DNA of 64,000 nt, from assembly GCA_027604505.1 (NCBI GenBank), contig JADIIX010000098.1:1-64000 (forward strand), read 5' to 3'. Below, one piece after another: positions 1 through 13,224 of this stretch. The notes under the pieces are model-generated. The model searched no databases. It was not told where the DNA came from and saw nothing but the letters and a program-made list of their open reading frames with translations. Each line of letters opens with the position of its first letter. The first letter of the stretch is position 1. This DNA comes from Gonapodya sp. JEL0774. Taxonomy: Eukaryota. Both the position numbers and the translations under genes were made by a program.

Positions 1-32
1 TCCCCCTCTTTCCCCCTCCCCCCACTCTCCAG

Positions 33-1901
33 CCGCAAAGGCCCGCGGCTCCTACCTCCGCGTCCACTTCAAAAACACCCGCGAGACCGCTCAGGCCATC
101 TCGGGCATGAAGCTCAAGAAGGCCACCCAGTTCCTCAGAGATGTCCTCGACCACAAGCAGGCCGTGCCCTTTAGGAGGTACAGGGGCGGTGTCGGCCGTG
201 CAGCTCAGGGCAAGAACAATGGCGTCTCGCAGGCCAGGTGGCCCGTAAAGAGCGCAGAGTTTGTTTTGGACTTGTTGAAGAATGCAGAGAGTAATGCAGA
301 GGTAAGATATCCCGAGTGGAGTGAGCGAAGCGAACGGAACCAGGGCCCGCGCGAGCGTCAGCGAGCGCCCCTCCCGACCGAAGGGAGGCAGTCCGCCTGA
401 GGCGATTGAACTTTGCGGTTTATATGCGCCTCGCCCAAGCGTCAGCGACGGGCACAGTCCGCCGGAGGCGATTGAACTTTGCTGGTCGATATGGGCCACT
501 ATAGGCACATACGGACCAGTTTACCCATTGAGGTTGCTCATGGAACTCGCCCTCCCCTCCCCCTCCCCTACCCCTCCCCTACCCCAACCAACCGACCCAC
601 CTCCCAGGTCAAGGGCCTCTCCACCGACAAGCTCGTCGTCAAGCACATTCAGGTCAACCAGGCACCCAAGCAGCGCAGGAGGACCTACAGGGCGCACGGG
701 AGGATCAACCGTGAGTTTGGGAGGGGTTGGGTTGAGGTGTGGCGTGGGGGGTAGTTTTGGTGTGGGGAGGGGGGGTGGGAGGTGGGCCGGTCTGGAGGCG
801 GCGGGTTCAGGTGGTGTGGAGGTGCTGGTGCCATTTCGAGTGTGCATGAGCTTTTAGGATTTGTAATGTGGGGTGGAGGGTGATTGGGATGGTGCTTCAG
901 GTGGTGTGGAGGCGGTTGGGGTTGGTGCGGATATGTGGATGGGCTCGTGCGATTTCGAGCGTCGACACCCAGCCAAGCACCCAACTGACGCGACCCACTT
1001 CCCCCCCCCACCCACCCCCGCCCTCTCCTCTCGTCCTCCCACCGTCTCCGTCTCCACCCCTGCTCAGCCTACATGTCCAACCCGTCCCACATCGAGGTAC
1101 GTACCCGTATTATCCTATCAACTGCTTGTTTTTTTGGGGTGTCTCGTTTGCAACCGGTGTTATTTGTTTGCACACGTCGCACTCCCTCGCACGCGCCGCC
1201 ANNNNNNNNNNGGGTCTGTGGGTGGTGGGGGGGGTTGGGGTTGGTGGGGTTTTGGGGTTGGGGCGGGGGGTTTGCGTGCCGCCACCCCCCCCCACTCCCC
1301 CAACTGACGCCCCCCACTTCCCCCCCCCCCCCCCCCCCCCGCACCCCTTCGTGTTCGTTTCATTGCCCGCCACCGCACCCCACCACACCGCACCCCTAGC
1401 TCATCCTCGCTGAAGAGGCACCCAAGGTCCAGAAGGCAGCGACCGATGTGGTGCCCAAGGTGAACAGGCGGCGTGCGGGTGAGTAGTACATCCTTCTTCT
1501 TTTATTTAAGTTTTTTTTTCTTGTTTGTGTGTGTGTGTGTGTGTGTGTGGTTGTTTGTTTATTTTGGAGATGGTGAGCCAAGCGCGTGGGCAGATGGAAT
1601 AGTGCAGGCGCGTCCTTTGCGGCCGGCGGCAGCAGGCAGAGCCTTGACCCACGCAGGCACACACCACACACACACCCGGCGCAATGTGCAGTGCCATCTG
1701 TGCACTGGTGCACGGGCCCGTAATGGCGTAACCAGCGTAGACGTTCGCGCCCCCCGTCGTTTGCGTTGGTTTGGTTTGTGGGGATGGTGGTGGCATGCTC
1801 GGGTTTCGTTGTGGACTGTGGTTTGACCCTTGCCCCCTCCCCCCTCCCCCCCCCCCCCCTTTTCACATCTCGTAGCGGCGAACCGTGCCATCACCGCATA
1901 A
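33..1901 (+). CDS. RPL17: 60S ribosomal protein L17 (uL22), 5'-partial; exons 33-301, 608-710, 1068-1096, 1400-1478, 1876-1901
   Basis: Spliced translation reads [21 protein letters not shown]...[26 protein letters not shown]...[36 protein letters not shown]...; GT-AG introns keep the phase; stop TAA at 1899-1901. Confidence 0.96.
312..482. repeat. Mini-hairpin-rich duplicated segment in RPL17 intron 1 (possible non-autonomous element)
   Basis: 28-nt direct repeat CAGTCCGCC(T/G)GAGGCGATTGAACTTTGC at 389-416 and 455-482; AGCGTCAGCGA occurs twice; GCGAAGC, CCGAAGG and CGCCGGAGGCG hairpins. Confidence 0.55.
1202..1211. other. Assembly gap (10 N) in RPL17 intron 3
   Basis: Run of N in the sequence. 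Confidence 1.
1525..1549. repeat. (GT)n microsatellite
   Basis: Direct reading. Confidence 0.9.
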
Positions 1902-2632
1902 AAACAGCCCCTCACGAAGGTGGCTGCGGTTGTTGCGTGTGGTGTGAGATGTGTCGCGGGGTTTGTGAGACGGACGGAGGGGTTTGGGAATGAGGGAGTG
2001 TTGCGTGGGAGGAGTGGTGCATTGGAAAGTTGAGCTCGAGGGGGAAAGGATGTATGGAGTGTAGTTGGGGGGGTTATTCGCACATATTTGTTTCAAAAAA
2101 ACGATGCCGAGAAACACAATGAAACGGTAAACCCGCGACGTCACGTTGGTGGAGGGGACTGTGAGTGGGGTCTGGGCGTGCAGGTATGCACTCGGTATTG
2201 TTGGCGTGGAACCGAGACGTGGGCCACCCCCACCAAGTGATTTTGGGCGTTGTACGGGGTCGGTCCCCAAAAAGTGTCTGGACGTAGGGGCTGGGTTGTA
2301 CGGGGATGGGAAAAAGCGTTCCGATCTTGGTTTAGTCCATGATTTCGCTCGTGTGCACACCAACGGCCGGGGTGGGTCTGAGATTTGCACCGGCGAATGG
2401 GGCAGGCCGCAAGTGCGTGTGCGCAGCGACGACTGAGTGTACATACCTGGTGTGCCTTTTCTTACGTCGCAGTGCGGAGCGGCGCGTCTGGTGCGCACGT
2501 TGACACGGCGGGGTTCTCGGTCGTTCTGGAATGGGAACGGTCGGGACGGACGTGGTTTTCGGTGCCCGTGCCCGACGACCTTCCTCGACCCCACGACCGC
2601 CGCTCGTTCAGGTTGTGATGAAGACACACACA

Positions 2633-2660
2633 TTCGTTCGTTCGTTCGTTCGTTCATTCA
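2633..2660. repeat. (TTCG)n microsatellite
   Basis: ttcgttcgttcgttcgttcgttcattca. Confidence 0.85.
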
Positions 2661-2863
2661 TACGATCTCATACTCTTATACCTGGGTTGGCGTACACACG
2701 TCCGGGACACACAAACACGAATCAAAACAAAAAAAAATACACTACCCCGGAACACAGGCAGGAGAGAGTAGTACCGTCCACCTCTCTGAAGCCACACCCT
2801 CTTTCTCGTCTCTGCCCCCTTCGGCTCCCACGCCACGCACGCCCAACCTCCCCTCTCCCCCAT

Positions 2864-5598
2864 TCAATGCTCTATATCCACATCCTCCAACGCATCCAAC
2901 GACGCGCCTACCCGCCCGCCGATCTCGTCCCAAAACCTCTTTGCGCCGTGCACTTCGGACCGTTCCTCTTCCAGCGCCTTGCGCGTCTTTTGGTGCTCCT
3001 GGAGCCGCCGGTAGAACCGGTTCTGTACGTCCCAGATGGACACGCGCAACGTTCGCCGGACGTTGCGGCCCAGACGCTCGACTTGGAACTGCGCCCATCC
3101 CGTCTCTTGGAGGTGGCGGCGCACCTTGTGTGAGATTTTCCGAGACAGGACGTGACGCATGTCGCTGATGGCGAAGGTGAAAAAGCCGATGCCTAGTGGC
3201 AGGGAGGGATAGGTAAACGTGATGGGGTGAATAATAATAAATTCCCAGATCGTGAAACACAACTCTACTACATTCTTGATCGTAAACTCACCGGCCAAAG
3301 TCAAGCCAATAAACGCAAACCGCCCGAGATTCCGAACGCCAATCTGTCCCGTCACACGGAACATTCCCTCTGCGAACGACCGGTACCCAATCACCCCGGT
3401 CGCCACCATTCCCATTCCAGGCAAGTACCCCATGGCCACATCCCACCGATCTTGGAAATCCAAAAAGTCTCCAAACTCCAACTTCACTTCGTGCTGGCTT
3501 TTCCTGGGCGACGACGGCGTCGTGTCGTTTCCGGGAGGTACCATGTCCATGCCCTCCGACCACACTTGGCTCACGTTCACGTCCGTGGTGGCGCCATCGG
3601 GCGGCGCAAGACAGTCTTTGGTGCGATCGCGCACCCTGGTGAGACATTCTTCCGTTTTGAATCGCCCAAAACGCTCACAACTTCGAACGCGCTCGATCGC
3701 TAATCGGTAGAGGTGGTTTCGCACCTCTTTGGCATAGTAGAGTACGGAAAGAAGGCCTCTCCAGGGAGGTTCCTGTCCGTGGTCTTCAATATCCGCAAGG
3801 AACCGCAAAAGAGTCTCCTGGGTGTGGTTTTGCACAACCATGGATGTGGAATCAATGATCTTGTCAATGTCATCCAGGACGGTCTCCTTCACGTCGATCA
3901 TGTTCTTGTACGCTGGTGCATCGGCCATAATTTTGGCGTTGATCTCGTGGTACTTTGAATCGATGTGGTTGAGGTTGTACGTGGCCACCTCATGGATGTC
4001 ATCGAGAAGGTTGTGCAAGTACACCTTCGCGGGTGCCAGCTTCGATTGTAGGCGTTTCTCCAAAATGAAACCTCGCAGACAACGTTCCAGGTTTGCAAAG
4101 TCATCCGGGGTCCGGCCAGTCTCTTTGGACTCCTGCAAGCAGTTCTTCGCCGATACAAAATGAACCAAATTATCCGCATCTGCATACGTTCGAGGAGAAA
4201 GCTTCCGAATTTGGTCCAAAATATCGCGACGGCAGCGATCCTTATTCACAATCATGTCGAATCGGTTCACCACCACAAAAATGTAACCTTTTTCGTTGCC
4301 CGCAGTCTGCAAAAACTCCTTTCCCTGTGTGGGTCGAAAGTAAAATGGCGCGGTTGAAAACCGGTATGCAGAACAGATATCTGACTTTCAAATCTCACCG
4401 ACAAAGTGAACTGGTTCTCCGCATGGACCATAAAGATGATAACGTCAATCTCTTCCTGCCGCGCAAAAAGGGACATCGTTTTTATTGAATCAATGTTCAA
4501 ACCGGGTGAATCGATAAGGCTGATGTCGACGAGTCCGTTCTTAAGCAGGCTCTCCGAGGTTTCCCGTTTGTCGTGGCAGTATACTTTGAATATCTGATAA
4601 TCATTCTCTGGAGCGCCGTCCTCATTCTCCGCAACAACGTCCACCAAGTTTCGAAGGTCGAAGCGAGTAAAGGTGTTGGGATCCTTTCGGTCGTAGAAAG
4701 AAATGTCCTCAATTGCGTGAACTTCTTCCACATCGTCGTTCTGCGCGGCATCGAGAACCTCGCAAAACGCAGTCGTGCACGGTTGCTGGTCAGATGGAAC
4801 GACTTCCCGTCGAAGAACAGCATTGACGAATGTACTTTTGCCTGCGTTTAGGTCCCCTGTCACCAGTACCTTTGAACTCGTGTCCTGCGTCCGGTTGTAA
4901 AGCTTCTCCAAATAACCAATCGTATCAGCGATTTTATCGTGTAAGAGATTAGCAGCAGTTTTCTCCTCGAGAGCTTCCATAAACCCTGACCCCACACGCG
5001 CTTGGGAACCCTTCACTACAATTCTCAACACTTTCAGATGACCTTCTTCCTCGGCAGCGAGGGCAGCTTTTCTAGCGGACGTGAATGACCGTTGACTGTC
5101 ACTTCCGATAGAAGGAGTCCGTTTCTTCTGTGACAGCGGGGATCCTCTGCCTCTGTCTTCTCGGGGGCTGGAGGGATCCGGAGTACTGCTCGAACCAGAC
5201 ACAAGAGCATCAATCGCATGGCTGCCGTTTAAGTCGGGTTGGGATCCATTGGATTTTTCTTCCGTCCGAATCGAATTGCCTATCCCGAGTGTTCGGTTCA
5301 GAGGATATTGGACTGTCCCGAAAGGCCCACCCCTCTGCTTCTGTAAATCGTACAAGATGCCTCGAGTTCCGGAGATGAGGCCGAGAAGAGCATTACGACG
5401 TTCGAGAAAGATTTTCTGATAGTCCACGTCCTTCCCAAGGTGCTCGCTGAGATGTGCAGAAACTTCCGACCTCTGTTGAGCTGCCACATCCCATGCTGGA
5501 TGGAGAGAAGCTGCGGGAGCGACAGTGGGACTGCCCGTAGAAATACGAGATCCATCTCGCTTTACATTGGGCGGAGATGTTCGAACGGCTTGTGCCAT
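2864..5598 (-). CDS. FZO1: Mitofusin / transmembrane GTPase Fzo1 (about 3 exons)
   Basis: KVLVTGDLNAGKSTFVNA P-loop, VPSDQQPCT, IDSPGLN, RQEEIDV, FVVVNRFD, VHFVSA; hydrophobic segments and heptad repeat near the C-terminus. Confidence 0.93.
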
Positions 5599-5792
5599 AT
5601 TTCGATCGATTTTGAAGGTTTTCGGATATGCCACGATAACACGCACACGTGTAACGTACATACATAAAACCATACGTAAAGGTAGTTGGTTTATTCTTCC
5701 AGCAATCGGACAACCATTAAGTCCATCAGTGAATCAAAATTTTACATTATGGCTTCTGAAGTTACCACATTTGGAAACTCAGCATTGCAAGG

Positions 5793-8700
5793 CTACTTCC
5801 TCGACCAAGGTGCAAACCAGGAAGAAGTGCTTTTTTCATTTCTCCTAGTGGAAAGAAGGTGTCTGAGAGTTTCCACACCAAGGACAGACCTAAACCGTTG
5901 GTTGGGAGGTGAGTTCTTCTCGATGGACCAGCAGTGACAGGGATGAACCAGTGAGGGACCCACCCGCTCACAGGAAACAAACAAATTCCAATCGTCTTTG
6001 AACGCTATCTTGTTGCAGATTGTGCAATGTTTCTTGCTCTGAGAGGGAACAGGATAGCCTGCATAGAGGATATCAGGACACCTTCTCGTGAGGTCTCGCT
6101 CACAGAAACTAACCGGTGACAATGCACTCGTCGTAGCACTTTCCACAAGCGTGGCATTTAAGAGCAGCTTCCGGATTGCTTGCTCCGCAGCTTTCACACA
6201 TTCTTTTGCTCAGTTCCCGTCCCACCTTTTCATCCAGCGACACTTGGAGCACCCAGTCCCGAATCTCTTCTCTTCTTGACTCAGATAAGAAGATTTCGTT
6301 GGGGATAATCATATTGTCTTTTGCGGGAGTAAAGCCTTGCAATTCAGGATCGTCCAGCAGTGTAAAAGTTGAGTCAGAACCAGCTTGTTGCCTCTCTTCC
6401 ATTGCGTCTGCAATATCAATAAAACGATTCCAACATACAAACGCAACATTTAGCTTTCCTGCGGCCTAATAAACACGATTATAGGCTCCAGTCAGTCTCA
6501 ATTTTCTTCGATACGAAGCACGGAGTACACACCTTTGCGGTGCTCGCTGCGTCGTGGAGGGCAACGTCAATAGGTATCTCCGAGCTGTATCTCAATATCG
6601 CCAAAGATTGTTTTACAGCGACAGACTGCAGCTCGGGCTTTTTCTGACAGTAGTCTCGTAGAGCTATGAGATGTGCAACGTTCATTTGGCGTTGAAATAG
6701 GGGTCCGAACTTGGAACTGTAAGGCCCCGAGACAATTTTGAACAACAGCTGCCTTAGCAATGATACAGTGCTGACCGTCGAAGTTCGTCCGAACTCTCGC
6801 AATACGTGGGTTGCGGACTGGACGTAAATGTCGATGAAGATGTCTGAGGTGGGTACATCGTACCGCAAGCACTTTTCAAGAATGGCGACGTGTTTGCCCT
6901 CTTTGAGCATCTGTTGACAATATATGAGCAGATACCGAGACAAAACCTCTGGTCCCTGCTTTTGGGCAAGCTCGAAACACCTATCCCACTGGCCCGATTG
7001 AACGCATAAGTCCAATCCAGCGTTGACATCCACGCTAACGACTTTGTCAACTTGTCCACTTGTTCGCTGCGCTTGGATGAATGAAGTTTCAACATAATCA
7101 CGATAATTTGGTGCGATTGACGCAATGGAACGGGCTCGATCCCAGATCCCACCAGCCACGAAAGCGTCGATAGAGTCCTTGTACCTCTGCACACCTGCGA
7201 ACAGATCCCCGGCTTGCTCACAACGCTTGATTTCGAGCAGCCTCGAGCCAACGACGCCGGCAACTTCCTGGCTTCTTTGTGGGACAAACTTGAGAGCGAC
7301 CTCCACTGCCCGTTCCCAGAGCTGTTCGAGCACTTCTAAGTCCTTTACGTTCTTTTGCGATGCTTTCAAGTAGCTATCGATTGCTTTCGAATACTGGCGT
7401 TGCTGCTCCAGTGCTTTGCCAGAAGCCACAATCTCTTCACGTGTCATATCCTCGGTACCAACCGCCTGCAACTCGTACTCGACGGTCAAGTCGGGAACAC
7501 GATTGGGAACATACTGCTTGGCGAAAAGCAATGCTTCTTTCCAAAGGCGCTGGTCTTTGTAGAACTTGATGGCAAGTTCTGGCCTTTGAGCACGCAACAA
7601 AAGTGATTCACCCTTAGAGTATTCACCCTTGTCGAAAGCCAGCTTGGATTGACCAATAAGAATTTCAGGAACACTTGGCGGATCATGAGCCTCAGCTACG
7701 GCTAGCGCCGCTATCCAATCCTCATTGTGAATATGCATTAGGATCGCTTCTCGTGGTTTCCCTGCGGTGATGAATGCCTGCTCAGCTTCTTTGAATTTTC
7801 CATCATCTTCTAAGAACATTGCATGTTTATAGTGGATTTCTGCGATCTTGTAGTTGTCGGCGAACTTTGAAAGCTCGAAAGCGAAATCGAAAGTTCCATT
7901 CTCGGTTGAAAAATCGATAATGGCATCAAGCAATCCCAACTTTGTAAGCAGTTTCACGGCGCTTTCACCGCCGAGAGATCTTGCCCAGAGATAAGCCACT
8001 TGTTTCGATGGTGTTTGGCCTCCCTGTGTTCTTGCAACCTGCCACAAAAGAGGATGGTTCTCCGAGTACCAAAATACCCCTCCCTGTTGAAAAGGGAACT
8101 CACCCTGTACGCATCATCAAAGTTTCCACTGGAACAATACATGTTGACCGCACCTTTCCAATCTTTTGCCTCAAGGTACTGTTGCTCGGCGAGTTTGAAG
8201 TTCCCCTCAGCTTCTAGGGTCTTCGCCAAGTAGACGTGCGTTTCCGTGAGCAAATCGCTGTGATACTCTGCAACCAGCCGCAGCATTTGATCATAATGTT
8301 TATGATTTTTGTACATGTTGATGGCTTGATCAGGTTCGCCGGCAACCACGTACAAGCGATCTGCATCTTTCAGGCGACCTCCATGACCAGATAAGGACCT
8401 CAAAACAAGATTCGCAAATGGCAAACCAAGACTGTACCGTCGGCAACATACCTTCAGATTCCATTTTCTTGGCTTGTGTTGTGTAAAATGCTGTCAGGTC
8501 GTCCTCTGACATAAATCTGGTGGCCACATTGTAAGCATTTTCCCAAAGCCCCGCTTGTATGTACATGTCGACGGCGGCTTGCGGTTGATCCGCCTCCATG
8601 AAATACCTTTCTGCGGGGGTGTAATCTCTATTAGCAGAAAAGTGTCTTGCTAGTTGTAGAAGATGCTGTTTTGGCTTTTGATCTGGAGAGAGTGTGTCGG

Positions 8701-11700
8701 CGATGCTAGCCGCTCGTTTCCACTTGACAAGATCAGTTTCGAATTGAGTCAGAGGGACGTGAGCAAAACACAGCTTCTGACAACAATTCTACCTGACGGG
8801 CAGCAACCGCACATTCAACGGCTTTGACAAGTTTCCCAGCTTCAATATAATGGTTCACAGCGGCGTCCATTTGCTTTTGAGAGCGTAAGTAATCCCCCCA
8901 TTGCTAGACAAATGAATGATTTTAGTGATTGTTTCGGTTCTTGATATTGTATCCTCACTTCTTCAATCGCAACGACTTGGTCGGGGAAGATTTCCCGGCA
9001 CAAATCAACTGCTTTCCGAAAGGCCTTGCCGGCTTTGTATGCTTCTAGAGCGCGGTCAAATCGCTTGAGTTTCTGATACAAATGACCGGCCTGAAATAAT
9101 GATCGAATCGTGAGGTATCCTTCTGTTGTTAAGAACGCAATATTAGCTGATCGCACCTTCTCAAGCATACCATTCTTTTGAAGAGCGGCTGCAACTCGCT
9201 CGGTAACATCTACGGCACCAGACCAAAGACTGTGCACTTCCAACAAGTGAGCGGCCCTTGCTGGCATGCCTAGTTGAGAAAGGAACGATTCGTCAACGTA
9301 GAAATCTACTGGGAATATGAAGCAAGCAAACTCTTTGACATACTCACCTCCTTTCAAATATAAGTTTATGGCACCATAAGTATCTCCAGCCTCTTCCTTT
9401 TCTTCTCCTGCCTGCCCCTCTTGACCGGAATCGACGAGCCATTGCATGTAATTGCGACGAAGGACATCCAAGTCCGGATGGTTCTTGGCTTCTGCGACCT
9501 TGATGGACAGATTCCACTTGTGGAGTTCTTGGTACATTTGCATGACGTCGTCAAGACGCCCCTGCGAACTCAAAGTGTTGATTTTGATTTGAGACGAAGG
9601 TTCGATGTGCAGTTCGCTTACGTTGTCCAAATATATCCTCTCAGCAGTCTTAAAGTCCTTCTGAAGAATGGCCAAATTCGCTTGCACTTCAATTACTTGT
9701 TGCTGCTCGTCAGCATTCTGAGGAGGACCTGTTATTTCAGCATAGACACCACAGACGTAACCACCACCAGCAGGTCACCTCTAAGGATTTTTCATTTAGT
9801 TTTCTCAAGTATGCGGCCGTGGCAACATCACCGACTGCAGCACAACATCTTTGCGGAATGCAGAAACAATTATACCGATATTTGGCACCGATTACCGATT
9901 TTTACGTCTCACCGCTCGACAACCAGCAATTGCCCATCCTTAAGTGCCATTGCACCGAGAGATCGCCACATTGCCTCAGTTTCGGCTGACATTTCCAATG
10001 TCTCCAGCATAGTGATTGCGCTTGAAAGCGCAGGGCGTTCCGTCAGTCAGGTCCAGGGTAAAGCAATCACCAAACCAACCGCTCGAAATCCTTGTCATCC
10101 ACGGCCGTTCCAAACTCGATCAACCCTTCGTCCAGGGTGTACTCAACCGTATTTACACCCTCATCCGCAATAACGATGGTCTTGCCGTTGGCTCGCTCTA
10201 TATCCTCGATCTCTCCCTTGATTGGAAACGTCGTGACTCGTTCGGGAGCGTCGATAGAGTACCAGATGCAGAGGTTTCCTCGTGACTGAGCAACAACAAC
10301 GTCACTAAGCGGAACCCACTGTGGATAGAAGATGGTGCATTGCATCGGAAATATAGAGAAAAGCTGACATATGCCAAAAGGGGACTTACTTGAACGTACG
10401 TACAGTACGACAATAAAGTAGATCGGGTCTGATCTGCTACATTGAAAACATGCAGCTGCTTTTGCTTATCTCTGAACAACAGCTTATTACCCTTCCCGGA
10501 AAGCTAAACCACATCCGAGCGACTCGATCAGATATTGGATTAAACCACAGGATAGAGGAGGAGAACCCACCTCCAGCCAGTCGACGTTGACATCATGGTA
10601 TACCACACCGATAACCCCTCCAGCTACCACATCCTGCACGTGGATCGTACGGGCATCAGCGAGGTACGCTATGCGCTTGACATCAACATCACTCTTTCGC
10701 TCGTTCAGCCGCACGCTGTGGCATTTGTCCAGGTCTTTACGTAAGAATACTCGCTAGAAGCTTCCGATGTACCCCCCTCACCTAATGAGATGTGGATTCA
10801 TATGCTCAGTTCTGCATGATGTCAAAATGTCGTTGACACCATACTCCACAAGAGACAGCTCGCCGGCGTTGAAGACCATGCAAACCTGCGGGTTCTCGAA
10901 AAAATACTTTTCGTTGGTACTAAATATCCAAGGCACCTGTCATGTGTTGACGGACACAACGAACAAAAAGGAATTGAATGTCCAAGCAGAACCCGCAATT
11001 GCGTCCATGCAAGGCCACCCACCTCGCTCAGCTTACACGACGCTAAATCACCCATTAAAAGCGTCTCGGGGGTATGTGCCACCAAAAACTGATCCTGAAA
11101 TATATCGATTTTGACGACTTCGTACCCATAGTGGCTCTTGAGCACTATGCGTGCTCCGGTAGACAAGCGCTTGACAATAACCTGAGATGGGCTCACGTAC
11201 GTGAACTCAAACTTGCCTTTATATCGGGCTCGTTTGAGGCAGCAATCGAACAGGTCGACGGAGCCCGTAACATTGGCCTACGGAGGATGAACTGAGCACT
11301 GGCGAACATCAATGCTTATTACAGCTGGTAGCGTACCACAACCAATTTCGCTGCATCAGGCTTCCATGCCATCGCCGTGACTGAGTATAAGTTCTCAACT
11401 ATCTTTTGAGGCGCCTCCTCCCATGTAGACTTCCGCGAAGTGTAATTGTAGACATAAATTCTGAAATAATTTGCATTCAGTATTTGCTCGGGAGTGAATT
11501 GTTCTCACCAGCATAACGTACTAATAGTCACCAGAGTCGTCACGCACCTGTTAAAACCACCTATCGCCACACTTTGCCCACTTGGGCTCATCTCCGCCAC
11601 TGCCAGATCTCCATCTGTCTCCTCCTCCCCTCCGTTCCCGGCCGTCTTTGCCTTTTTGTGGTCGAAACTGGCAACCTGTCGGCTCGTCTGTGGGTCGTAC

Positions 11701-13107
11701 ATGGAGACCACGCGATCAGCGCCACAGGCGACGAGAGATTCACCCCAAGCCAAAGCGTAAGGGGGTGCGGTGTGTGTGGTAAATTTGCCCTGGAGAGAGA
11801 AGAATGAGTGACTATTTGGGCTCACACAGTGCCAGTCGGGATCCATGGAAAAACATACTGAACTTGCCCCGCTTGCTCCATCATCAAAGTAGAACCGATA
11901 TATACTTCCGTCCGCATGTCCCGTCGCTACCGCCACTCCGTCCGGACTGCTCGCGGCCGACACCACAAAACTTTCCGTTTCGTACAGCGTGGCTGCTTTG
12001 TTCGTCTTCAAGTTCCCCACGCGGACTTTACCGTCACTCAAGCCAAAAACTACGGCGTTGAGCTGACCCGCGGGCCACGCCATGCAAGTGATTTCGCAGG
12101 ATTGTACGAACTTGTTGCAGATGGATTTCTTCTCTCCCCACTCCAGTCCGAGCTTGTATACGAACACGGCGCAGTCTGATTGAGCTACGGCTAGACGGTT
12201 GGAGTCGGGCGAAAAGGCTAGCGACACAATAGTGTAGTCGTTTCCGGTCTGCGCAGATGGAACAGTTCAAGTGTTGGAAATTGGACATCGCAGCCACATG
12301 ACATGAGAGGAAACGCTCTGATCCTTCAGACCGCGAAGAACTTCACACGCACTGCGCCGTGACCACCATCCAAATGAACTGTTCGGAGCCCAAGAAGAAG
12401 CAAAGTTTACACTTCTTCCCATTTCTGAAAGGGTCGGTCTACTGCAACCAATGCCTCACGTATGCCCGTCCTATCCACAAAAGACATTCTCGCATACAAT
12501 TGCTTCGTTTCCTTACCTTCGGGTCGGCAGGCTTTGTCGCGAATCTGTCCTTCCTTTCCCCAGTCTCGTCAAACACTTGTACTATCCTGTCCTGTCCGCA
12601 AATGGCGAGCTTCTGCCCGTTTGGTGACCACGATACCGCGCAGATCCGGTTGAAAGCATCTCCACTTTGGAGGATGGACTTGAGATGCCTGGGAGGGTTT
12701 GCATTTCAGATGATACCAGTGACAACAATCCGATTTTCATTGTGGCAGTTGTGTCCACGAGAGACGGACATCATCGTAATATTGTGATGATGGAAGGTGA
12801 AGCAGAATTACGGGATGCGTTGAATGTAGACCCATTTGAGATGATAAAAGGAACAATTTTCGACGCCAAACGCCAACATCCATTGCAGAGGGTCAGAAGA
12901 GAAACCACACAAGATTCAGATGGAATGTTGAAAGATTGGCAAAAGCGTGCATGTTTTCATTATGGTGCGATCGATGTTGCAAATACATCGTTTTCGCAGG
13001 GACAAAGTTTCGAAGAGAAGGGGGACGGTGCATTCGAGACGAGTAGGATTGGCATTTTAATTCTGTAGTGAAAGCTGGAATGTGCGCGAGGCGAACCTGA
13101 GCTGCAT
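5793..13107 (-). CDS. IFT172: Intraflagellar transport protein 172 (WD40 + TPR, many exons; 3' end approximate)
   Basis: MQLR/HLKSIL...[12 protein letters not shown]...[27 protein letters not shown]...[69 protein letters not shown]-terminal Cys-rich region; 11-nt first exon at 13107-13097. Confidence 0.95.
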
Positions 13108-13224
13108 CTTGATTGAGGTCAGATTTTGAAGAATAGAATTCTGAAGGAGGTGTCTGCTAGTGCTCCCCTCGCAATCCGGCAGATACACCAGCTGGCCATC
13201 ACCTGCATACATATTTATTTCAAC

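Noticed and set aside
302..1875. U58-type snoRNA expected in RPL17 introns by analogy with vertebrates
   Set aside because: No C/D box pair with a guide was found; intron 4 hairpins lack an ACA box
1902..2863. Overlapping ORFs of 75-264 aa between RPL17 and FZO1
   Set aside because: GC-rich, low-complexity sequence without recognisable domains; probably UTR or intergenic
12667..13068. 133-aa + strand ORF and a GTGATGA box near 12784
   Set aside because: Antisense within IFT172 intron 1; no domain and no matching D box
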